NCBI GenBank assembly: GCA_030692925.1
Contig: JAUYBY010000028.1
Coordinates: 4,351-68,350 of the forward strand
Direction of reading: 5' to 3'
DNA from: Candidatus Zixiibacteriota bacterium
Lineage (GTDB): Bacteria > Zixibacteria > MSB-5A5 > RBG-16-43-9
Length of the DNA: 64,000 nt
Part shown: positions 1 through 7,624 of the stretch, in pieces
Layout of the letters: every line of letters starts with the position of its first letter
Position numbering within the stretch: position 1 is the stretch's first letter
The notes under the pieces: model-generated
The model's database searches: none
Told to the model about the DNA's origin: nothing
Seen by the model: the letters and a program-made list of their open reading frames with translations, nothing else
Translations under genes and position numbers: made by a program

Positions 1-420
1 CAAGATAACCTCTAACCCTTTCTCCTTAGCTTTGCACGCTAAAGTGCCCATCAGATCATCTGCTTCAAAGCCATCCATCTCTAAGATGGGTATATTCATC
101 CCCTGAACCAACTCCATAATCCTTGGAAGCTGGGAGACCATCTCCTCCGGCATCTTGGCTCGGGTCGATTTATATTCTTTATATATTTCATGCCTGAAAG
201 TCGGAGCTTTGGTATCAAAGACCACCCCGATATAATCTGGCTCCTCATCTTTCAGGATTTTAAAGAGGGAATTAGCAAATCCAAAAGCGGCTGAGGTATT
301 CTCCCCTTTAGAATTTATCAAGGGATTTCTGATGAATGCAAAATACGAACGATAAGCTAAAGCCGACCCATCGATTAAAAAAAGCCTTTCCTTTTTGGTC
401 ATAACGAACCTGCTGGGCAT
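1..420 (-). CDS. polA: DNA polymerase I, N-terminal 5'-3' exonuclease domain (partial, runs off window start)
   Basis: Reverse-strand translation starting at the ATG at 420 reads MPSRFVMTKKERLFLIDGSALAYRSYFAF...EADDLMGTLA, the classic Pol I N-terminal motifs. The frame stays open to nt 1. It is absent from the ORF track because it has no in-window stop. Confidence 0.8.
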   Translation of the reverse strand, partial: MPSRFVMTKKERLFLIDGSALAYRSYFAFIRNPLINSKGENTSAAFGFANSLFKILKDEEPDYIGVVFDTKAPTFRHEIYKEYKSTRAKMPEEMVSQLPRIMELVQGMNIPILEMDGFEADDLMGTLACKAKEKGLEVIL

Positions 421-556
421 TATGATACTATTTATTTTATTTCCGGTCAATAAGAATCATAAGGGCTTGATAAATCAAGCCCCTACGAGAATGTAGGGGT
501 TCGATTCATCGAACCCATATCGGCTTCACTCTCCTCAATGAGGAGAGGGGATATTC

Positions 557-650
557 GTAGGGACAGGGCTTGTTGAGCTCTGCGAAATCCCGCTACTGCG
601 GGGTCCCTGTCCGAATCCTAATTCGGACAGCCACGAGGGCTGTCCCTACA
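557..650. repeat. GC-rich palindromic MITE-like element with termini GTAGGGACAGGGC...GCCCTGTCCCTAC, copy 1
   Basis: 13-bp terminal inverted repeats enclose nested hairpins (ctgtccgaat..attcggacag). A second copy with the same termini lies at 53388-53450. Confidence 0.6.
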
Positions 651-681
651 TAAAAAATTCACAGAAAACCTCAAGTTTTTC

Positions 682-709
682 TTGACAAAAAAGAAGAATA
701 AATTATACT
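682..709 (+). promoter_or_regulatory. sigma-70-like promoter, TTGACA-N16-TATACT
   Basis: cTTGACAaaaaagaagaataaatTATACTc lies about 190 nt upstream of the FG-GAP ORF. The spacing is canonical. Confidence 0.4.
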
Positions 710-819
710 CTATTTGAAGCTAAGATACCGAAACATTATTCACAGCAGATGGAACGGATTAAGCAGATTTAAGAAACGGAAATGCTAACATCAGCTTAAT
801 CACAATAATCAGCCTGATA

Positions 820-905
820 TGTCATTCTGAGGGAGCGAAGCGACCGAAGAATCTGTCGATTTTGACCTTGAGGTAGATTCTTCGCCCTTCGGGCTCAGAA
901 TGACA
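820..905. repeat. palindromic repeat tgtcattctgaggga...ctcagaatgaca, copy 1, in the 5' leader of the FG-GAP gene
   Basis: Imperfect palindrome with 12-bp termini tgtcattctgag/ctcagaatgaca and an inner gaagaatct/agattcttc pair. A second copy lies at 8985-9079. Confidence 0.65.
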
Positions 906-2657
906 AAGAGACCACAACCCTATAACCCCCAGGAGGGCAAAATGCTTTTGAGATTTAATCGTCATTGCGAGGAGTCCATTTGGACGACGAAGCAATCCAT
1001 TTACTTCAACACCAAGCCCCTATTTATCCTTTTTCTCTTTTTCCTTTTATCCTTCACCCCATTCAACAACCTTCATTCCCAACCCTCTCAACCCAACTCC
1101 GACTCCATCCCCTTCGCCCCAGCAGTTAACTATGGAGTTGGAAATTTCCCCTACCATGTTTTTTGTGCTGATTTAGATGGAGATGGCTACCTCGACTTAG
1201 CAGTGGCAACTCAAGTAAATAATAGCGTCTCCGTTTTGAAAAACAATGGTGATGGAACATTTCAGCCTAAAATTGACTATGATGCTGGTTACTGTCCTTG
1301 GTCGGTATACTGTGCGGATTTGGATGGTGACTCAGATTTAGACTTAGTGTTAGACAATTATAATGATAGCATTTCTGTATTAAAGAATAATGGAGATGGG
1401 ACTTTCCAGGCCAGAGTCGCTTATCAGGTAGGTGACCATCCTGAGTGTGTTTTCTGCGGAGATGTGGATGGAGATGGTGACCAAGACTTGGCTATAGCAA
1501 ATTCATTTAGCAATAACATCTCCATATTGATGAACAATGGTAACGGAACTTTTCAATCTGCAATTAACTATCCAGCAGGTTCTGGACCTCGCTCTGTTTG
1601 TTGTTCGGATTTAGATGGTGACCTTGATCTTGACCTTGCAGTTGCAAATTTGAATAGCAACAACGTTTCCATCTTAATGAACAATGGCAATGGGACTTTT
1701 CAATCTCCTGTCAATTATCCAGCAGGGCCAGAATCTCATGCAGTTTTTTGTGCAGATCTTGATGGGGATTTGGATAAAGACATAGCAGTTGCAAATTGGT
1801 CTGGAGGGAATGTTTCCATCTTAGAAAATAATGGAGATGGAACTTTTCAAAACCCGGTTAACTATACAGTAGGAAGTGCTCCCTCTTCTGTTTACTCTGC
1901 AGATCTGGATGGAGACGGGGATCTGGATTTAGCTGTGTCAAATTTCAATAGCGGAAACGTCTCAATTTTACAGAACAATGGAGATGGGACCTTTGGGAAT
2001 TTAATTAACTATGTTGCAGGTACGTACCCCAATACCGTTTTTTGTGCAGATTTAGATAGAGATGGTGATCTGGATATGGCTGTAGCGAATGTGGGCAGCG
2101 ACAATGTTTCCATCTTAATTAACTTGAGCAATTCCGCTATGCCAAGTTCTTATAGCTTAGTATCCCCCACAGATGTTGATTCTGTCAAATCACCAGTTAC
2201 TTTCGCCTGGCACAAATCTATCGACATTGACCCAAATGACACTGTCCGATATGATTTATATCTCAGCCGTTCTATCAACTTTAACTCAGATACCATCGTT
2301 TATCATGGTCTTCTTGATACAACCTTTAGAGATAGCACTGATTTTAAAGATAGTACCGATCTCAAGCTCTGGTATTGGAAAGTAAAAGCCTATGACAAAT
2401 GGGGAGCAATAAGATGGTCTGAACAACAGGATTGGAGTTTTTATGTTTATCTGTGCGGAGATGGGAATGGAGATGGACAGGTGAATATGCGGGACGTATT
2501 GTATCTGGTCAAGTATATCTTCGCAGGCGGGCCTGCTCCAAAGCCTTTAGCAGCAGGAGATGTCAATTGTGATGGTCAGGTTAATTTTAAAGATGTGCTC
2601 TATTTAATCAGATATATTTTTACAGGAGGACCCAAGCCCTGTCAAAATTGTCCGTAA
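900..2657 (+). CDS. secreted FG-GAP (VCBS-like) repeat protein with an FN3-like region and a C-terminal dockerin type I-like double repeat
   Basis: About 8 repeats of FCADLDGDGDLDLAVAN..NVSIL.NNGDGTFQ. The C-terminus reads GDGNGDGQVNMRDVLYLVKYIF...GDVNCDGQVNFKDVLYLIRYIF. The hydrophobic signal-like segment starts near residue 40, and the annotated ATG lies inside the repeat element, so the true start is probably downstream. Confidence 0.7.
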   Translation: MTKRPQPYNPQEGKMLLRFNRHCEESIWTTKQSIYFNTKPLFILFLFFLLSFTPFNNLHSQPSQPNSDSIPFAPAVNYGVGNFPYHVFCADLDGDGYLDLAVATQVNNSVSVLKNNGDGTFQPKIDYDAGYCPWSVYCADLDGDSDLDLVLDNYNDSISVLKNNGDGTFQARVAYQVGDHPECVFCGDVDGDGDQDLAIANSFSNNISILMNNGNGTFQSAINYPAGSGPRSVCCSDLDGDLDLDLAVANLNSNNVSILMNNGNGTFQSPVNYPAGPESHAVFCADLDGDLDKDIAVANWSGGNVSILENNGDGTFQNPVNYTVGSAPSSVYSADLDGDGDLDLAVSNFNSGNVSILQNNGDGTFGNLINYVAGTYPNTVFCADLDRDGDLDMAVANVGSDNVSILINLSNSAMPSSYSLVSPTDVDSVKSPVTFAWHKSIDIDPNDTVRYDLYLSRSINFNSDTIVYHGLLDTTFRDSTDFKDSTDLKLWYWKVKAYDKWGAIRWSEQQDWSFYVYLCGDGNGDGQVNMRDVLYLVKYIFAGGPAPKPLAAGDVNCDGQVNFKDVLYLIRYIFTGGPKPCQNCP

Positions 2658-2771
2658 AAATTCAATTACGAATGACGGATGACGAATTACGAATTAAAGG
2701 TAGGGGCGAACCTAAGTGTTCGCTCCAATTTATTCGGGCAGACATAGGGATCTGCCTCTACAAAAAATCAA

Positions 2772-2803
2772 AAGCCCAGGCTCTTTTTTTAGAGCCCGGG
2801 CTT
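2772..2803 (-). terminator. rho-independent terminator for the fur/small-ORF transcript
   Basis: Hairpin aagcccaggctc / gagcccgggctt. Read on the minus strand it is followed by ttgattttttg. Confidence 0.45.
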
Positions 2804-2830
2804 CCACCCTACCTCATCGATCCCTTTTAT

Positions 2831-3004
2831 CTATTCCTCTCTTTTGCTCTTCTCCTCACGTATATCCAGGATCTCTAACTCCTCGTTAAGTATCTTATTC
2901 ACCACCTTGATGAACTGCTGCAGGTTCAGTTTCTGTAGTTTGTAAGGATGCCAGCAGAGTTTCTGCGAGATCGGCTCGATCTCCTTCTTCTTGGATTTGG
3001 ACAT
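2831..3004 (-). CDS. small hypothetical protein, 57 aa, basic N-terminus
   Basis: Open frame MSKSKKKEIEPISQKLCWHPYKLQKLNLQQFIKVVNKILNEELEILDIREEKSKREE, downstream of fur and upstream of the terminator. It falls below the ORF-track length cutoff. Confidence 0.25.
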   Translation of the reverse strand: MSKSKKKEIEPISQKLCWHPYKLQKLNLQQFIKVVNKILNEELEILDIREEKSKREE

Positions 3005-3076
3005 CCTTACCCCTCAAAATTAAAAAGCCCATTTAAAATAATAACAATAACCATTATCATATACGGATAAAAAAAA

Positions 3077-3475
3077 TTATTGGCTAAGCTTTAAACAATT
3101 TAAGCAAACGCCGTGAAATGCAACTTCCACCTTTTCGATTCTGAACTTTTCTTTTTTCAGAGCTTCAGCCTTCAGGTCTTTTTCCAGATCCAGAAAAAGA
3201 TCGTAGATCTTCCTGCATTTTTTGCAGACGAAATGCTGGTGAGAAGAGGTATCCGCGTCGAAATGGTCAAAGGGTGTGCCAACCTGGAGCTTCCTTATGG
3301 CTCCCTTCTGGTGAAGATTATTCAAATTGCGGTAGACTGTACCCAGGGAAAGCTTGGGGATTTTTTTCTTGGCCTGGAAGTAGAGCCACTCCGCGGTCGG
3401 ATGGATTTTGGTTCCTTTCAATATTTCTAGGATCTCTTCCCTCTGGCGACTAAATCTTTTGAATTTTTCTTCCAT
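3077..3475 (-). CDS. fur: Fur family transcriptional regulator (Fur/Zur/PerR)
   Basis: Winged-helix N-terminus (IHPTAEWLYFQ...LGTVYRNLN). HHF..C and two CxxC pairs (CKKC, CLNC) typical of the Fur family. Confidence 0.8.
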   Translation of the reverse strand: MEEKFKRFSRQREEILEILKGTKIHPTAEWLYFQAKKKIPKLSLGTVYRNLNNLHQKGAIRKLQVGTPFDHFDADTSSHQHFVCKKCRKIYDLFLDLEKDLKAEALKKEKFRIEKVEVAFHGVCLNCLKLSQ

Positions 3476-4074
3476 TAGCTCCTGTACAGATTTTTGGACT
3501 GTATGAACTCTTCCACTCCCGCAGGGACCAGATATCTGATCGATTTTCCTTGTCTGACCCTCTCTCTTACCTGGGTGGAGGAGATATTCAACCCGTTTAT
3601 TGGAATCAAAAGGCTTTTTTTGACAAATCTATTCTCCGGGTTTATCCTGTTAAATCCGGGCCTTAAAGCGATCACCACTTTAACCTTCTGAAAAATTTTT
3701 TCCGGCTCTTTCCAGTCTTGAAGCTCGTTTATTGCATCTGAGCCTAAAAGAAAAAAAAGCTCCGAATCTTTGTAGAGCTTCACAATCCGGGTCAGAGTAT
3801 CTATGGTATAGGATTTCCCTTTTCTTTTGAGCTCGATATCGGAGATCAAAAAATCCGGATTATCCCGAATTGCCATCTTGACCATTTGCAGACGATCTTT
3901 AGCCGAAGAGATGGGATGGTTTTCCTTATGTGGAGGATTAGCCGAGGGGATAAATATTACCTTCTGCAGCTTAAGCTCCTCTTTTAATTGCTCAGCCAGG
4001 ATCAGATGTCCGGAATGTATTGGATCAAAGGTCCCGCCTAAAATTCCTAATCTTTTTTTTCTTTTCTTTTGCAT
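3475..4074 (-). CDS. nadD: nicotinate-nucleotide adenylyltransferase
   Basis: GILGGTFDPIHSGHL nucleotidyltransferase motif and an NadD-like length. Its stop overlaps the fur start. Confidence 0.85.
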   Translation of the reverse strand: MQKKRKKRLGILGGTFDPIHSGHLILAEQLKEELKLQKVIFIPSANPPHKENHPISSAKDRLQMVKMAIRDNPDFLISDIELKRKGKSYTIDTLTRIVKLYKDSELFFLLGSDAINELQDWKEPEKIFQKVKVVIALRPGFNRINPENRFVKKSLLIPINGLNISSTQVRERVRQGKSIRYLVPAGVEEFIQSKNLYRS

Positions 4075-4090
4075 TCTAAATTTGGATTCC

Positions 4091-4876
4091 CTATTTATTT
4101 GCCTGGATTTCTTTATCCAATCTATTAAGCCTCGCTTTTACTTTACCGGCTAATTTATCCCCCGGGTATTTCTCTAAGAATTTGCGGTATTCCAGTTCAG
4201 CTAAATCATATTTTCTTTGCTCCCGGTAGCTCTCTCCTTTAAGGAAGCTGGCTGGGGCAGCATACCTGGTGTCGGAATACTGGTCCAGAACGTCCTGAAG
4301 ATAGAGCAGTGCGGCATCATATTGCTTCAGCTTAAAATAAAGACGCCCGTTCTTGTAAAGTTTCTGAGCCAATTTAGAACGTGCTTCAAACAAAATCTTC
4401 TGCGCCTCCGGGGCATGCTTGCTGTCCGGGTATTCGTCCAGAAAATCTTTCAGCTCCTGGATTGCCTTCAAGGTGTTGGTCTGGTCCAGCTCTGGCTTGG
4501 GCGAATCCTTATAATGAGCATAAGCTATCATAAATGAAGCATCGTTCGCCAGGGGGCTCTCGGAGAAAGAGGAAAGTACCTTTTTGAACTCGCCAACTGA
4601 AGAAGAATAATCTTTTTCATTGAAGTAACACATCCCCAAAAGAAACTGGGCCGAATCCAGAGAGGCGGCACCCGGATAGTTGAAGATCAGCTTCTGAAAC
4701 TCCAGGACTGCCGAGGAATATTTTTTCTTCTCATACTCTCTTTTGGCTAAAGCGAACTGATCCTCAGCTCCCAGAACCGGAGTTTCCTTTCTGGCAGCAG
4801 CACAGCTTAAGATCAAAGGTAATAGACAGAGACATAGCCATTTCTTGAGCATATTTCTCCTTTTAACGGTTGGCAA
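4091..4876 (-). CDS. bamD: outer membrane protein assembly factor BamD (TPR lipoprotein)
   Basis: Lipoprotein signal (LSCAA), TPR repeats, and the YfiO/BamD-like pattern KKKYSSAVLEFQKLIFNYPG. Confidence 0.65.
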   Translation of the reverse strand: MPTVKRRNMLKKWLCLCLLPLILSCAAARKETPVLGAEDQFALAKREYEKKKYSSAVLEFQKLIFNYPGAASLDSAQFLLGMCYFNEKDYSSSVGEFKKVLSSFSESPLANDASFMIAYAHYKDSPKPELDQTNTLKAIQELKDFLDEYPDSKHAPEAQKILFEARSKLAQKLYKNGRLYFKLKQYDAALLYLQDVLDQYSDTRYAAPASFLKGESYREQRKYDLAELEYRKFLEKYPGDKLAGKVKARLNRLDKEIQANK

Positions 4877-5519
4877 AAAAAAGGTAGATTAAACCTCCTA
4901 CTACCACAGTAACCACTGCTGGTTCTACATATCTGCCCCAAGTGCTCTGTGGTATCTCAGGGCATAAGAATGGATATTGTCTGTTATTCAGGGACAAAAG
5001 CTCTTCTTTCCTTAAAAGATCAGAATTCTTTCTCTCCCCTCTTTTACTCCATAAGATTTTCCCATCCGGATCGCTCAAGCTAAAGGATATTGCTACTTGG
5101 GATTCCCTTTTTACCCAGCTTTTTCCAAAGAGTTTTTTCCTTTTGATCTCCGGATATTCAAGGTTCAGTTTTATAATCCTGTAAGACAGCACCGGCGAGG
5201 AGCTCTCCTGTCCCTCTTTTTTTCCTACGCCGACCGGTCCCGTTTTGGGAAGGAACGAGACTATCTCCTCCCTCACTATCCAGACAGACGGATTTTCCCC
5301 TTCCTCTTTTACCCAGACCATCTGAGAATCGATAGGGGCATCTTTTAGACAGTCCTCTAATACGTCTTTTATAGTCTGCCTCAAAAAAGCCTCATTCGTA
5401 GGAGGTATAATCTTTTCTTGAGCAAAGCTCTTTGAGGAAAAAAGAATGGAGACTAAAAACAAGACTTTAATCCAGAGAGAAGTTCTTTTCGATTTGTACT
5501 TCAAAACCCGATCAGCCAT
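4863..5519 (-). CDS. hypothetical exported protein with a C-terminal TM anchor
   Basis: N-terminal signal peptide and C-terminal hydrophobic segment VVTVVVGGLIYLFF. No recognisable domain. Confidence 0.4.
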   Translation of the reverse strand: MADRVLKYKSKRTSLWIKVLFLVSILFSSKSFAQEKIIPPTNEAFLRQTIKDVLEDCLKDAPIDSQMVWVKEEGENPSVWIVREEIVSFLPKTGPVGVGKKEGQESSSPVLSYRIIKLNLEYPEIKRKKLFGKSWVKRESQVAISFSLSDPDGKILWSKRGERKNSDLLRKEELLSLNNRQYPFLCPEIPQSTWGRYVEPAVVTVVVGGLIYLFFANR

Positions 5520-6165
5520 ACTTGGCCTTAAGCTCCTTATATTTTTTAAGCACCTTGGCTAAGAAATAGGTGGGGAGTTTATCCCCGGATTTAATCTTTG
5601 TTCTCAGGGCATCCTCACCCACGTTATAGGCGATTAGCGCTTTCTTAACGTCTTTGAATTTCAGAATCAGCTCAAAAAGATGCAGAGCTCCTAACTGGAT
5701 ATTCAAAGCCGGGTCGAACAAGGAGAGAGAGTCTTTTAACTCCAGGCCGCTTCTTCTGGCTAAGTCTTGCCCTACCGAGGGCTTCACCTGCATAAGACCC
5801 TGAGCTCCTAACATCGATTCCTCATCCTTTTTGAAAGAGCTTTCAGTCAAAATCAAGGCCATAATCAGAAGCGGATCGTAGCCATATTTCTTGCTTTCGG
5901 AATATATGACACCGCTGAGCTTTACAGCCTCTTCTTTGCTTAACCCTACCTTGAAATCCTCGATTATCTTTAAGATTTTGACCCGGTCCTCTAATTCCTT
6001 GATCCTCTGTTCCTGTTGCTGGATAAGTTTAGCTTTCTCTCCCCTTTCGTACAATAGATAAATAAGTCCTGCGGTCTGAAGCAGGTAGATAAAAATCAAA
6101 ATGAAGGTGACAGACTTGGAGATGGTTAACCCTGCTCTCCGGATAATTTTTATTCCCAGGACCAT
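5512..6165 (-). CDS. membrane-anchored lytic transglycosylase (SLT domain)
   Basis: SLT motifs ILTESSF...GAQGLMQV, followed by the AYNVG region. Confidence 0.75.
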   Translation of the reverse strand: MVLGIKIIRRAGLTISKSVTFILIFIYLLQTAGLIYLLYERGEKAKLIQQQEQRIKELEDRVKILKIIEDFKVGLSKEEAVKLSGVIYSESKKYGYDPLLIMALILTESSFKKDEESMLGAQGLMQVKPSVGQDLARRSGLELKDSLSLFDPALNIQLGALHLFELILKFKDVKKALIAYNVGEDALRTKIKSGDKLPTYFLAKVLKKYKELKAKYG

Positions 6166-6180
6166 AATCCTCTCTCTTTT

Positions 6181-7017
6181 TTAGAAAACTATATTCAACT
6201 CAAAGGGTGAATCCTTATATAATTTTCGGATTTTTGCTCCGAGTTTTTCAGCATAGGAACCATTTGAATAATAAGTACTCTGGTAATGAGATAAAAGTTC
6301 TGGGAAATTCAAGCTCAAAAACTTATTAAGTCTGGACCAGATGGATGGGGTATAGTTCATCTTGTCAATATAGATATATTTTACCCCAACCTCAATCGCT
6401 TTATGGAAAACCGAGCTTATGCTCTTTTCTGTGTCGGAGAAGTAAGGAAGAATAGGACCAAAGAAGATGAAGGTGCTTATTCCTTCTTGACTTAGTTTTT
6501 TCAATGCCTCAAACCTTTTTTCAGTTGAGGAAGCCCCTGGTTCAAATTTGCTCTGGATTTCAGGGTCCAGGCAGGTGATAGTAAAACCAACCTCTGGCTC
6601 CTTTAACTTTTTCAGAAGGTCTATATCCCTTAAGACCAGGTCAGATTTAGTCTGGATGTGCACAGGAAAATTGTATCTGGAGAGTATTTCCAAAGCTCCA
6701 CGGGTAAGCTTATACTTTTCTTCCAGGGGCTGATATGGATCCGTAACTGAACTCAACATTACCGTCCCAGGTCTGCCTTTGGATCCGTAGGACTTTGCCC
6801 TCTTGATTTCCTTCTCCAGCCTTTCTAAGAAATTGACCTTAACATCCACGAACTTTCCCCATTCTTCTCCGTGGTCAGTAAATCTTTTCATAAAGATAGC
6901 ATAGCAATACGCACAATTATGCTCACACCCGGTATATGGATTCAAACAATAATCCACCCCGGAAATTCGGGATTTAACTAAGGCATTTTTGCAGGTTATT
7001 TCTTTGAGTTTAAGCAT
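6181..7017 (-). CDS. radical SAM protein, SPL/DNA-photolyase-like family (COG1533)
   Basis: CEHNCAYCYA (CxxxCxxC) near the N-terminus. Overall length and layout fit spore-photoproduct-lyase-like enzymes. Confidence 0.65.
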   Translation of the reverse strand: MLKLKEITCKNALVKSRISGVDYCLNPYTGCEHNCAYCYAIFMKRFTDHGEEWGKFVDVKVNFLERLEKEIKRAKSYGSKGRPGTVMLSSVTDPYQPLEEKYKLTRGALEILSRYNFPVHIQTKSDLVLRDIDLLKKLKEPEVGFTITCLDPEIQSKFEPGASSTEKRFEALKKLSQEGISTFIFFGPILPYFSDTEKSISSVFHKAIEVGVKYIYIDKMNYTPSIWSRLNKFLSLNFPELLSHYQSTYYSNGSYAEKLGAKIRKLYKDSPFELNIVF

Positions 7018-7042
7018 AAAAAAGCATCCGTTTCTATTTTAT

Positions 7043-7273
7043 CTACGTCTCTTTTGAAAGGTAGTCCTCTACATCACCGAGAAATTCTTTAGCCCAGGCC
7101 AATGCCTCTTGTGCCTCTTCTTTTCCAACCTGTGGAGCAAAACTATAATCACCAACCAATCTTTTCTCAAAGGTCTTGCTTAACCTTTTGCCCATTTCAG
7201 GCTTTTGGATTAGGCTACTTATTTCTTTCATACTCTTATCCCCTCTCTCTTTATGTGGCGGTATAGGGGCCAA
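7043..7273 (-). CDS. HEPN-domain protein, short (C-terminal half only), toxin partner of the MNT
   Basis: C-terminal GKEEAQEALAWAKEFLGDVEDYL resembles the HEPN helix 4 of HepT-type toxins. It overlaps the upstream MNT gene by 45 nt. Confidence 0.45.
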   Translation of the reverse strand: MAPIPPHKERGDKSMKEISSLIQKPEMGKRLSKTFEKRLVGDYSFAPQVGKEEAQEALAWAKEFLGDVEDYLSKET

Positions 7274-7563
7274 ACAGTATTCTTTAACTCACTTTCTGAA
7301 ACAGGATATACGGAGATTAATTCGCCCGTTTCCAGCTCTAAATCATACAGCAGGTCACATATCTTATCTATTTCTTTTCCCTTGTTCACCTTTCCTTTGA
7401 GAATAACCGCAATATCTATATCCGATTCTTTATTTGCTCTGCCTTTAGCAAAAGAGCCATAAAGAAAAACATTCAACAGGCGATCACCATAAACTCGCTC
7501 CAGAAGTTTTTTTATCTGAGGTAAAAAAGGTTTTATCTCCTTCCTTGATCTAACAGTTTTCAT
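7228..7563 (-). CDS. nucleotidyltransferase (MNT/MntA-type antitoxin)
   Basis: LYGSFAKGRANKESDIDIAVIL, i.e. the GS...D.D pol-beta NTase signature. Confidence 0.8.
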   Translation of the reverse strand: MKTVRSRKEIKPFLPQIKKLLERVYGDRLLNVFLYGSFAKGRANKESDIDIAVILKGKVNKGKEIDKICDLLYDLELETGELISVYPVSESELKNTVWPLYRHIKREGIRV

Positions 7564-7624
7564 ATCATCATTACCTTTGAAACTTCAATTCAAATGGACA
7601 GAATGCTGTTCTGTCCCTACAGAA

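Noticed and set aside
498-520. GGTTCGATTC motif suggesting a tRNA T-arm
   Set aside because: It is part of a perfect 8-bp hairpin with a 4-nt loop (gggttcga-ttca-tcgaaccc), not a 5-bp stem with a 7-nt T-loop. No acceptor or anticodon arms flank it.
2648-2878. 76-aa plus-strand ORF after the FG-GAP gene
   Set aside because: It spans repeat modules and a terminator hairpin, has a hydrophobic low-complexity tail, and is more plausibly non-coding.
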